Shown in pieces: positions 40,182 to 48,637 of a stretch of 64,000 bases of DNA. A program made the position numbers and the translations under genes. Position 1 is the first letter of the stretch. Every line of letters starts with the position of its first letter. This DNA is from Elusimicrobiota bacterium (GTDB lineage: Bacteria; Elusimicrobiota; Elusimicrobia; UBA1565; UBA9628), in the NCBI GenBank assembly GCA_016191335.1, contig JACPOW010000043.1, forward strand, positions 3,704 to 67,703, read 5' to 3'. Under the pieces are notes generated by a model. That model saw only the letters and a program-made list of their open reading frames with translations, was not told the DNA's origin and searched no databases.

Positions 40182-43018
40182 CGCAGGGCTTCGTTGAGGA
40201 CGCGCGCCGCGTCCCAGTCCACCGCTCGGCCGGGCGCGAGGAACAGCTCCAGGCCGCCGGGGGTCCGTCCCGTGTTCTGGTCGGCGTTCGAGACCAGCCC
40301 GCGCTGGGACGGGTCGGGGTGCGAGGAGTCGCCGAGTATGCGGAGCGTGTCGTTGGCCGCCTCGCGCAGGCGGTCCCAGGCGTTGTATAAGCGGCGCACC
40401 GTCTCGGGGCTAAGCTCCCCGTTCGCGGGCACCGCCGCGGCCTCGGCCGCGAAGACGAGCTTGGCGACCTGGAGCCGGTCGATCAAGGAGCGGATCGGGC
40501 GCACGTTGCCCGCGGTGTAGGCGCTCACGGGGCCGGGGTTCTCGGTCCACCTCGCCCACTCCGCGTTCTTGGCGTCGAACGCGGCGCCGGAGGACGCCAA
40601 CCAGTTGCGGGCCCCGTCGGCGAACAGGCGCGCGCTCTGCGACGGCGTCGGCGGCGCGGGGGGCGTCTCCGGCGGCAGGCCGCGGCGGTCGAAGGCGCCG
40701 AGCAGCGGCTCGAAGGCGTTGACCAGCCGGTTGATCTCGGGCTCCTGATAGCGGCGGGCTTTGGCGCGGGGCACGACCGAGTCGAGGACGGCAAGCATGG
40801 CCTCGAGCTGGCGCTTCGTCTCCGGCTCGAGCTTCGCGCCGGGCCGCTCGAGGGACTCGACGCCGTCGTAATACGCGGTCGAGAGGGCATAGGCGGCCTC
40901 GCGCCGGGGCTTGGGGGCCGAGAGGTACGCGCGCACGAGGGCCATGGCGCGCTCCCGCAGGACGGCGTCCTTCTCCCCCTTCAGATGCTCGGCGGCGAAC
41001 GCCTCGAGCTCCGCGTCCGGCTTCGGGGCGGCGGGCAGGAAGCCCGCGAGGATCTCCTCGGCCGTGTCCACGACGGTGAACAGGGCCTCGGGCGCCTCCT
41101 TCAGCAGGCCGTCGGCGAACAGGCGCTGGTACTGCTGGGAGATGCCGCCGAAGAAATCCCGGCCGACGAGGATGATGCGCTTGAGCGGGGCCTTGCCGCG
41201 GTAGGCGTTCATGGCCACGAGGATCGCGGCCTCCTGGATGCTGCCGGCGCTGCCGGGGAAGATCAGGAAATTGTCGGAGACCTTCGCGAACGCCTCCACG
41301 CGCCGGGGCTCGGAGTCGGCGATGCCGATGGCCCGCGCGTCGGAGAGGTTCTCGTCGCCCCACCCCGGACGGACGGCGAGGACCAGGTTCTCGCCGCGAC
41401 GGGGCGCGGCGTTGGCGTTCTCGGCGGCGGCGGCGTACGCGGCGCCCATGACCCCGGCGTTGCCGGCCCCGGTGAGGACGTTGTAGCCGTGACGGATCAG
41501 CGCCCCGGACACCTCGCCCGACAGGGCGACCTGCTCCTTGATGGGGTCGACCGACTTCGAGCTGCCGAGGATGGTGACGGTGCGCGCGCGGCTCTCCGGC
41601 CCGGTGTAGCGCTCGTCGAACTCCGGGATCTCGGCGAAGGACGCGGGGCCGCGGAGCGCCGCGAAATCGAGCGTCACGATCACGGGGAAATGGTCGGAGG
41701 GGTTGCGCGAGCGCTCCGCGTAGGTCGCGGGGATGGCGCGCACGCTGCCGTCCTCGTTCTTGTAGCGGTACGCCTCCGCCTTGCGGACCGCGCCGCGCAG
41801 GGCCTTGGAGACGAGGACCGCGTCCATCTGTCCGAAGTGCGCGGGCGCGCCCTGGGGGTGGAAGGTGTGCGTGATGCGGTCCTTCTCCGACGGCGGGTTC
41901 GGCGACGCGTCGAAGCTGTCGACGAGGCCCGCGGCCTCGAACAGCGGGCGGAACTCCGCGTCCTTGCCCACCTCGCCGTTGAAGTCGCCCGCGAGCATGA
42001 TCGGGGTGTCGGCGCCGAACTCGGCGCGGTAGCGCGCGATGATCTCGGCCGAGCGCTGAACCTGCGCGCCGCGCAGGATGCTGGAGCCGGGGTCGCCGCC
42101 GTCGCGGTCGCGCTTGGACTTGTAGTGCGTGCCGAACAGGACGAACAGCGGCTGGGCCTTGCCCGGGACGCGCACGACGAGCGAGGTCAGGTCCCGGGAG
42201 AACAAGGTCCGCGGCCCGCCGCCGAGCACGGGGTCGACCCAGGTCTCGTCCTTGTGGGAGCGGTGCTCGACGAGGAACGGCAGGTCCTTCTTCACAAGGA
42301 AGGCCACGTCGATGCCGCGTTCGTCGTTGCCCTCGATGAGGTGGACCGAGTATTTCCCGTCGAGGAAGCGCTCGTTGAAGTCGCGCAGGGCGGCGATGTT
42401 CTCGACCTCCTCGAGGGTCACGATGTCGAGGTCGTTCTCGAGGATGACCTGGCCCTGCTCGCGCAGGGACCGGTCCTCCTTGGGACGGGCGTCGGAGATC
42501 TTCTTGAGCTTGCCCGGGTTCTCCGGGTCCGGCACGTGCTTGCCGACGTTCTCGAAGAGGTTGAGGACGTTGTAGGAGCCCATCTTGAGTTCCTTGATGG
42601 ACTCGAGCGAGCGGACGGGGGACGCGGCCGAGGCGGCGGGACCCACGGGCTCGCCGACGGCGGCGGCGCCGTCGAAGAGCCCGGTCAGCGCGGCCGGGAT
42701 CGCGCGCAGGCCCTCGCCGAAGGTCTTCACCGCGGAGCGCAGAGGCTCCATCGCCCTCGCGCCCCGGACGGGGGCGGGCGCCGGCCGGACGGCGACGGGG
42801 ACGGCGGGCGCGGCGAGGACGGGGACCAAAGACGGCGCGAGCGAAGGCGCCAGCCCCGGCGCGAGAGCGGGGGCCGAGAGGCCGGCGGAGAGCGCCGGCG
42901 CCGAGAAGGACACGACTCCGGGGGCGCCCGTGAGCGTGGGAACCGAGGTCTTGAGCGAGACGACCTGGGCGTTCAGCGGGGACGCGAGGACCAGGGCCGC
43001 CAGCATGGCTCGAAGCAT
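40178..43018 (-). CDS. exported fusion protein: endonuclease/exonuclease/phosphatase (EEP) domain + LOG/TIGR00730-like domain + unknown helical C-terminal domain
   Basis: 946 aa. Signal MLRAMLAALVLASPLNAQ. APSL-repeat leader. EEP blocks (MGSYNVLNLF, DIVTLEEV, MLAGDFN, NPSDHFPV). LOG-like blocks (TILGSSKS, VLTGAGNAGVMGA, LIFPGSAGSIQE). Confidence 0.8.
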   Translation of the reverse strand: MLRAMLAALVLASPLNAQVVSLKTSVPTLTGAPGVVSFSAPALSAGLSAPALAPGLAPSLAPSLVPVLAAPAVPVAVRPAPAPVRGARAMEPLRSAVKTFGEGLRAIPAALTGLFDGAAAVGEPVGPAASAASPVRSLESIKELKMGSYNVLNLFENVGKHVPDPENPGKLKKISDARPKEDRSLREQGQVILENDLDIVTLEEVENIAALRDFNERFLDGKYSVHLIEGNDERGIDVAFLVKKDLPFLVEHRSHKDETWVDPVLGGGPRTLFSRDLTSLVVRVPGKAQPLFVLFGTHYKSKRDRDGGDPGSSILRGAQVQRSAEIIARYRAEFGADTPIMLAGDFNGEVGKDAEFRPLFEAAGLVDSFDASPNPPSEKDRITHTFHPQGAPAHFGQMDAVLVSKALRGAVRKAEAYRYKNEDGSVRAIPATYAERSRNPSDHFPVIVTLDFAALRGPASFAEIPEFDERYTGPESRARTVTILGSSKSVDPIKEQVALSGEVSGALIRHGYNVLTGAGNAGVMGAAYAAAAENANAAPRRGENLVLAVRPGWGDENLSDARAIGIADSEPRRVEAFAKVSDNFLIFPGSAGSIQEAAILVAMNAYRGKAPLKRIILVGRDFFGGISQQYQRLFADGLLKEAPEALFTVVDTAEEILAGFLPAAPKPDAELEAFAAEHLKGEKDAVLRERAMALVRAYLSAPKPRREAAYALSTAYYDGVESLERPGAKLEPETKRQLEAMLAVLDSVVPRAKARRYQEPEINRLVNAFEPLLGAFDRRGLPPETPPAPPTPSQSARLFADGARNWLASSGAAFDAKNAEWARWTENPGPVSAYTAGNVRPIRSLIDRLQVAKLVFAAEAAAVPANGELSPETVRRLYNAWDRLREAANDTLRILGDSSHPDPSQRGLVSNADQNTGRTPGGLELFLAPGRAVDWDAARVLNEALR

Positions 43019-43024
43019 GACCCT

Positions 43025-43053
43025 ATTATAAGGAGGCCGCCCGATCCCTCCAA
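43025..43053 (-). promoter_or_regulatory. promoter TTGGAG-17-TATAAT, 6 nt upstream of EEP-LOG ATG 43018
   Basis: Read from the sequence. Confidence 0.5.
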
Positions 43054-43114
43054 GGGGCTTAAGACCTTGTCATTTTAGGTCTTTCAGCCCTAGGTTCTCG
43101 ACGGAGGTTAAGCT

Positions 43115-43120
43115 TAAAAT
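43115..43120 (+). promoter_or_regulatory. -10 box TAAAAT, 8 nt upstream of Aas-like ATG 43129
   Basis: Read from the sequence. An inverted repeat AAGACCT-9-AGGTCTT (43061-43083) lies just upstream. Confidence 0.4.
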
Positions 43121-43128
43121 AGGCCTCC

Positions 43129-45780
43129 ATGATTTATCGAATCCTCCTTTTAATAGCCGTTCCGGTTACCAGCGTCGCGGGCGTCGTGCGCATGCCCGCC
43201 CTCCAAAGCGGCCCCTCGCTGACGGCGCCCGCGGCGGCCCCCTCGCTGAGCGTTCCCTCGCTCGCCGCGCCTGTCCTGACCGTCCCCTCGCTGACCGCCT
43301 CGCCCCTGGCCGCCGCTCCGTCTATCGCGCCCGCGCCCGTCTCGGCTATCGCGACCGTCCGGGCCGCCGCCGCCGCCCTCCCGGATGCCCGGGTCCCCGC
43401 CGCCTCGGCCAAGGCCGCCGTCGGCGCGTCGTTCGACGCCTCCGTCGTCCGCAAGCCCGAGGCCGAGGCCGTCGCCGGCTCCTTCTCCGTCTCTCCCGCG
43501 CTGTCCGCCCCCTCCGCCGGCGAGACGCCCGGCCCGTCGTTCGTCCCCTCAGCGTCCGAGCCCGCCGACCGCCCGCTGTTCTTCCGCCGCTACGGGCTCC
43601 TGCGCCTCGCCGTGCGGCCGTTCGTGCGCCTGTTCTACAGGACCGCGATCTCCGGCCTCGAGAACCTTCCGAACGGCCCGGCCGTGATCGTGCCCAACCA
43701 CATCTCCTACGTCGACGCGATCCTGATCTCCTTCGCCGCGGACCGGCCGATGCGCTTCATGATGAAGCGCCAGATCTTCGAGAAGATGCCTCGTTTGATG
43801 GGCGCGCTCGGGGCGATCCCGGTCTCCTCCCAGGACTCGCCGAAGGACATCGAGGCCTCCCTCGAGGCCGCGCGCCAGGCGATCCGCGCGGGGCAGAGCG
43901 TCGTGATCTTCCCCGAGGGCCAGCTGACGCTGACGGGCAACATGACCGGCTTCCGGCGCGGCTTCGAGCGCATCGTGGCCGGCGCGCCCGCGCCCGTGAT
44001 CCCGGCCTACCTCGACGGCCTGTGGGGCTCCGCGTTCTCGATGCAGAAGGGCCCGTCGCTGTGGAGCCGCCTCAAGGAGCTGCCGCGCCCGGTGTCGGTG
44101 CGCTTCGGCCCGGCGCTCGCCGAGCCGACCGCGCAGGCCGCGCGCCTGGCCGTCACCGAGCTCGGCGCGGCCTCGATGGAGGCGCGCGTGCGCTCCCGCC
44201 GCAAGCCGCTGGCGCGCGAGTTCTTCGCGAGCGCGATGAACTCCTTCGGCAAGCCCGCGATCGCCGACTCGATGGGGGCGGACCTCACCTACGGCAAGGC
44301 GCTCACCGGAGCGCTCCTGCTCGGCCGCGCGCTCGACGCGAGGCTCGACGGCGGGGCCAACGCCGCCGTGCTGCTGCCCCCGTCGGCCGGCGGAGCGCTC
44401 GCCAACCTGGCGCTGGCCTCCGTCGGCCGCGTGCCGGTGAACCTGAACTACACCGCGAGCCGCGAGGCGGTGGACCACGCCCTCAAGAGCGCGGACATCG
44501 GAAGCGTCGTGACCTCGAAGAAGTTCGTCGAGGCCCTGAAGACCGAGAAGGGCTTCGAGCTGCCGGCCGGGAAGAACATCATCTACTTAGAGGACGTCGC
44601 CCCGACCATCCCTCAGTGGAAGAAGACCGCGACCTTCCTCCTGCTCAAGGTCCTGCCCGCGTCCTGGTCGGAGCGTGTGTTCCTCTCCTTGGCGTCCAAG
44701 GACCTCGACGACACCGCGACCATCCTGTTCACCAGCGGCTCGAGCGCTTTGCCCAAGGGCGTCGTGCTGACCCACCTGAACGTCCTGGCCAACGTCGAGA
44801 TGGTGCGCGAGCTCCTGCCCTGGGCGAAGAGCGACGCGATGCTGGGGGTGCTGCCCTTCTTCCACTCCTTCGGCTTCACCGTGACTTTGTGGATGCCTCT
44901 CGTGTCCGGCATGTCGGCGGCCTACCACGTCCACCCGATGCAGGCCGAGCAGATCGGCAAGCTCGCGGCGAGGTTCAAGTCCACCTTGCTGCTGGCCACG
45001 CCCGCCTTCCTGCAGCGCTACTCTCAGAAGATCCCGGCCGAGGCCTTCAAGCACCTGCGCCTCGTGATCGCCGGCGCCGAGAAGCTGCGCGACTCGGTGG
45101 CCGACGAGTTCGCGGCGAAGTTCGGCGTGCGCCCTTACGAGGGCTACGGCGCGACCGAGCTGTCCCCGGTCGCCTCCGCCGGCACCCCGGACGCGGGCAA
45201 ACAGAAAGGCTCCAAGCCCGGGTCCGTCGGCCGCGCCCTGCCGGGCACGGCGGTCAAGGCCGTGGACCTCAAGACCGGCAAGCCCGTCCCCGACGGCGAG
45301 GTCGGCATGCTCATGGTCAAGGGGCCGCACGTCATGAAGGGCTACCTCGGCCAGCCCGAGAAGACGGCCGAGGTGCTCCAGGACGGCTGGTATGTCACCG
45401 GCGACCTCGGGACCATCGACCGCGACGGGTTCATCTCCATCACCGGCCGCCTGTCGCGCTTCTCGAAGCTCGCGGGCGAGATGGTCTCCCACACCGCCGT
45501 CGAGGAGAAGCTGCAGCAGGCCGCGGGCCTGGCCGACATGACCTTCGTGGTCACCGGCGTCAAGGACGAGAAGCGCGGCGAGAGGCTCGTCGTCCTGTAC
45601 GCGGGCTGGGACGGCGACATCGACGCCCTGCTCGGGAAGATGCGCGCCCTGGGCGTGCCGAACCTGTGGCTGCCGGCGAAGTCGTCCTTCCACAAGGTCG
45701 ACTCGATCCCGCTGCTCGGCACCGGCAAGCTCGACCTCAAGGCGGTCAACGAGCTCGCCGCGAAGCTCGCGGGCGCCTAG
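43129..45780 (+). CDS. aas: bifunctional lysophospholipid acyltransferase / acyl-[ACP] synthetase (Aas-like) with N-terminal signal + Pro/Ala/Ser-rich leader
   Basis: 883 aa. PlsC motifs VPNHISYVDA and VIFPEGQLT. AMP-binding FTSGSSALPKGVVLTH. About 150-aa leader containing VLTVPSLTAS. Confidence 0.8.
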   Translation: MIYRILLLIAVPVTSVAGVVRMPALQSGPSLTAPAAAPSLSVPSLAAPVLTVPSLTASPLAAAPSIAPAPVSAIATVRAAAAALPDARVPAASAKAAVGASFDASVVRKPEAEAVAGSFSVSPALSAPSAGETPGPSFVPSASEPADRPLFFRRYGLLRLAVRPFVRLFYRTAISGLENLPNGPAVIVPNHISYVDAILISFAADRPMRFMMKRQIFEKMPRLMGALGAIPVSSQDSPKDIEASLEAARQAIRAGQSVVIFPEGQLTLTGNMTGFRRGFERIVAGAPAPVIPAYLDGLWGSAFSMQKGPSLWSRLKELPRPVSVRFGPALAEPTAQAARLAVTELGAASMEARVRSRRKPLAREFFASAMNSFGKPAIADSMGADLTYGKALTGALLLGRALDARLDGGANAAVLLPPSAGGALANLALASVGRVPVNLNYTASREAVDHALKSADIGSVVTSKKFVEALKTEKGFELPAGKNIIYLEDVAPTIPQWKKTATFLLLKVLPASWSERVFLSLASKDLDDTATILFTSGSSALPKGVVLTHLNVLANVEMVRELLPWAKSDAMLGVLPFFHSFGFTVTLWMPLVSGMSAAYHVHPMQAEQIGKLAARFKSTLLLATPAFLQRYSQKIPAEAFKHLRLVIAGAEKLRDSVADEFAAKFGVRPYEGYGATELSPVASAGTPDAGKQKGSKPGSVGRALPGTAVKAVDLKTGKPVPDGEVGMLMVKGPHVMKGYLGQPEKTAEVLQDGWYVTGDLGTIDRDGFISITGRLSRFSKLAGEMVSHTAVEEKLQQAAGLADMTFVVTGVKDEKRGERLVVLYAGWDGDIDALLGKMRALGVPNLWLPAKSSFHKVDSIPLLGTGKLDLKAVNELAAKLAGA

Positions 45781-45783
45781 CCG

Positions 45784-46761
45784 CTACTTCGCGCCGCCGA
45801 GCTTCGACGTCACGCCAGCGAGGGCCGCGGCGGCCTGGGGGTTCGAGGCCAGCGCGGCCGCCCCGCGAGGGTCCATCACCAGGCCGAGCGCCTTCGGGTT
45901 GGCCATCGCGATGCTGACGATGGCGCTCGAGTCGTTGCCGACCTGCTTCAGGGACGGGCAATCGCTGAGGCGCTTGACCATCTCGGTGCCGGCGAGCGCC
46001 GACACCAAGGACGAGGCGTTGTCGGGCCGGGACAGGGCCTTCTCGATGACCGGGAAGACCTTGGTCATGCCGCCGCTCTTCGGATCGGAGAGATAATCCT
46101 TGAGCGCGCCGCCGTTCTGGCAGTTCTCCCGGACGCGGGCGCGGCTCATGAAGGCGTCCACGACCATCTTGTTGTTGAAGACCGCCGCCAGGACCTTCGG
46201 ATGGTCGAGCATCTTCGCGGCCAACGACGAGAGCATGCCCTCCTTCGCGCCGAGGTTCTGCAGGCCTCGCGCGTCGGTGGGGATCCCCGCGGAGGCGAGG
46301 TCCTTGGCCTCGTCCGCCGGCGAGACGGGAGGAGCCGCGGGGGCGGGCGCGGGGGCCGCGGCCGGGGCCGGGCCCGCCGCGGGAGCGGGCGCGGGGGCCA
46401 CGGACGCGTCCGACGGGGCGGTCGGCCGGTAGAGGCTCGAGGTCACGCCGGCGGGGCCGTCGCCGATCTTGGCGCTGACCATCTCGAGGCTCGTCTTGGG
46501 CCGCGATTCGAACGGGCGGCCGGGCGCTCCGGCGGGCGCGCTCCCGACGGCGCCCATGTTGAAGCCGCGCGAGGAGGCCGTCTCCTCGCTCGGGCTGGCG
46601 AACATCATCCACGCCACGACGGCCGCGACGCAGCCGAAGCCGATCAGCGCCTTCAGCTTGATCCCGTCCCAATCCCAGGGGGCGGATTCCGCCCTCTCCT
46701 CACGCCATTCGCTCATGTCGTCATAAGTGTAGCTTTCGGGCGGCATTTCGCAAGGGGTCAT
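45784..46761 (-). CDS. hypothetical membrane-anchored protein with Pro/Ala-rich linker
   Basis: 325 aa. One TM (ALIGFGCVAAVVAWMMF). APAPAPAAGPAPAAAPAPAPAAPP linker. C-terminal domain of unknown family. Confidence 0.55.
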   Translation of the reverse strand: MTPCEMPPESYTYDDMSEWREERAESAPWDWDGIKLKALIGFGCVAAVVAWMMFASPSEETASSRGFNMGAVGSAPAGAPGRPFESRPKTSLEMVSAKIGDGPAGVTSSLYRPTAPSDASVAPAPAPAAGPAPAAAPAPAPAAPPVSPADEAKDLASAGIPTDARGLQNLGAKEGMLSSLAAKMLDHPKVLAAVFNNKMVVDAFMSRARVRENCQNGGALKDYLSDPKSGGMTKVFPVIEKALSRPDNASSLVSALAGTEMVKRLSDCPSLKQVGNDSSAIVSIAMANPKALGLVMDPRGAAALASNPQAAAALAGVTSKLGGAK

Positions 46762-46775
46762 CCGTTTCCGCGAAG

Positions 46776-46784
46776 TGTTATAAT
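46776..46784 (+). promoter_or_regulatory. extended -10 TGTTATAAT, 6 nt upstream of ATG 46791
   Basis: Heads the small-membrane-protein/xseA/xseB operon. Confidence 0.5.
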
Positions 46785-46790
46785 CGCCGC

Positions 46791-47081
46791 ATGAAGCGCG
46801 CGCTCGTCGGGACCTTGATCGCCGGGTTCACCCTCGCGGTGTTCTCCGACCGCAGCACCCCCGCGTGCCTTCTCGCCGGCGCCCTGGCGACCTTCCTCCT
46901 GCTCCAGCTCGGCACCCGCTCCATCGTGGAGAAGGTCGCGGCCCTCATGACGGCCGCGGCGATCGCCTGGCTGGGCGGACCGGCCGCCCCCCTCCCGAAG
47001 CAGAGCCTGATCGCCTACTTCGCCGGCTGGGTCATCGCCTCGACGGCGCTCGCCGTGTACCTGCACCCGCGCGCGGAGTAG
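46791..47081 (+). CDS. small membrane protein
   Basis: 96 aa with 3 hydrophobic helices. TGTTATAAT 6 nt upstream of the ATG. xseA starts 2 nt after its stop. Confidence 0.55.
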   Translation: MKRALVGTLIAGFTLAVFSDRSTPACLLAGALATFLLLQLGTRSIVEKVAALMTAAAIAWLGGPAAPLPKQSLIAYFAGWVIASTALAVYLHPRAE

Positions 47082-47083
47082 CG

Positions 47084-48274
47084 GTGGAGCCCACCCGCCG
47101 CGTCTTCACGGTCTCCGAGCTCAACGCCCAGGTCCACCAGCTCCTCGAGGCGTCCTTCCCCGAGCTGTGGGTCGAGGGCGAGATCTCCAACTGCAAGGCC
47201 TACCCCTCCGGCCACACCTACCTGAGCCTCAAGGACGACAAGGCGCAGATCAAGGCCGTGCTGTTCAAGGGCTCGTCCTTCGGCGTGAGGTTCAAGTTCA
47301 CCGACGGCCTCAAGATATTGGCCCGCGGACGGGTCACCTCCTACGAGCCCCGCGGCGACCTGCAGTTCATCATCTCCGCCGCCGAGCCCCGGGAGAAGGG
47401 CGCCCTGCAGCTCGCGCTCGAGCAGCTCAAGGCCAAGCTCCAGGCCGAGGGCCTCTTCGACGAGGCCCGAAAGAAGCCGTTGCCCCCCTTTCCGAAGAGC
47501 GTCGGCGTCGTGACCTCGGGACAGGGCGCGGCCGTGCGCGACATCATCCACGTCCTGAGCCGCCGCTGGCCCGGCCTCGACATCCGCGTCTGGCCGGTGA
47601 AGGTGCAGGGCCCCGGCGCCGCGGCCGAGATCGCGGACGCGATCCGCGGCTTCAACGAGCTCGCCCCCGACACCGGCGTCCTGCTCGTCGGCCGCGGCGG
47701 CGGCTCCATCGAGGACCTGTGGGCGTTCAACGAGGAGCCCGTCGCGCGCGCCATCGCGGCGTCGTCCATCCCCGTCATCTCCTGCGTCGGCCACGAGACC
47801 GACACGACCATCGCCGATTTCGTCGCGGACCTGCGCGCGCCGACCCCGTCGGCCGCCGCCGAGATGGCCGTCCCCGAGAAGGCCGCGGTCCTGGACCGCG
47901 TGGCGGAACTCGTCGACGCGATGTCCCAGGACCTGCGCGACACGCTGGAGTCGCTCTCCCGGCGCCTGCAGTACGCGGCCGCGCACCCGTTCCTGAAGGA
48001 CCCGCGCCGTCTCTGGGAGCAGCGCGTGCAGCGCGTCGACGACCTGTCCATGCGCCTGCCGGAGGCGCTGCGCCGCCGCCTGGAGACGCTCGGGCTGAGG
48101 CTCGGCGCGGCCGCGGGGCGCCTCGACGCGATCAGCCCGCTGGCCGTGCTCGCGCGCGGCTACGCGATCGCGACGAGCAAGGGGAAGGTTTTGACGAGCC
48201 CGAAGCAGGTGAGGAAGGGCGATCCGGTGACCGTGCGCCTGTCCGAAGGCGAGATCGATTGCGAGGTGTCCTAG
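47084..48274 (+). CDS. xseA: exodeoxyribonuclease VII large subunit
   Basis: C-terminal 396 aa of listed ORF 46865..48274, from GTG 47084. VSELNAQVHQLLEASFPELWVEGEISN. Confidence 0.92.
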   Translation: MEPTRRVFTVSELNAQVHQLLEASFPELWVEGEISNCKAYPSGHTYLSLKDDKAQIKAVLFKGSSFGVRFKFTDGLKILARGRVTSYEPRGDLQFIISAAEPREKGALQLALEQLKAKLQAEGLFDEARKKPLPPFPKSVGVVTSGQGAAVRDIIHVLSRRWPGLDIRVWPVKVQGPGAAAEIADAIRGFNELAPDTGVLLVGRGGGSIEDLWAFNEEPVARAIAASSIPVISCVGHETDTTIADFVADLRAPTPSAAAEMAVPEKAAVLDRVAELVDAMSQDLRDTLESLSRRLQYAAAHPFLKDPRRLWEQRVQRVDDLSMRLPEALRRRLETLGLRLGAAAGRLDAISPLAVLARGYAIATSKGKVLTSPKQVRKGDPVTVRLSEGEIDCEVS

Positions 48275-48510
48275 TGGCGAAAGAACCAAAGACGGAGACG
48301 TTCGAGAAGTCGCTGGAGTCGCTCGAGGAGCTCGTGCGCGAGCTCGAGGCCGGCGACAAGGGGCTCGACGAGTCCCTCGCGCTGTTCGAGAAGGGCGTCG
48401 TCCTCGCCAAGGACCTGTCCAAGCGCCTCGAGGACGCCAAGACGAAGGTCGAGGCGCTGTCCAAGGAAGGCGGGAAACTCGTCAAGAAACCCTTCGCCGC
48501 CGAAGATTAG
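48274..48510 (+). CDS. xseB: exodeoxyribonuclease VII small subunit
   Basis: GTG 48274 overlaps the xseA TAG by 1 nt. 78 aa. FEKSLESLEELVRELEAGDKGLDESLALFEKGV. Confidence 0.9.
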   Translation: MAKEPKTETFEKSLESLEELVRELEAGDKGLDESLALFEKGVVLAKDLSKRLEDAKTKVEALSKEGGKLVKKPFAAED

Positions 48511-48513
48511 AGA

Positions 48514-48605
48514 ACTGAAGCCGTTTCCGGATTACCGCGGAATTCCACCGGTGGAATTCCGCGGATAACTCTGGACCCGCGACCGACTATCCTCGAGGAT
48601 AGTCG
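48514..48605. repeat. palindromic element, variant locus: decayed module B, 30-nt palindrome CCGCGGAATTCCACCGGTGGAATTCCGCGG, 22-nt palindrome CGACTATCCTCGAGGATAGTCG
   Basis: 48535-48564 and 48584-48605 are perfect palindromes. The core CACCGGTG is shared with module A. Lies between the convergent xseB and RND gene ends. Confidence 0.85.
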
Positions 48606-48637
48606 ACCGAACGTGGGCGAACCGAAGGCGGGAAGCC

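Noticed and set aside
40985-43078. 697-aa plus-strand ORF
   Set aside because: Antisense to the EEP-LOG gene, whose EEP and LOG-like blocks are clear.
43061-43083. Inverted repeat AAGACCT-9-AGGTCTT in the divergent EEP-LOG/Aas promoter region as a defined operator
   Set aside because: It is a single 7-bp stem with no second copy and no adjacent regulator gene. It is noted but too weak to call as a feature.
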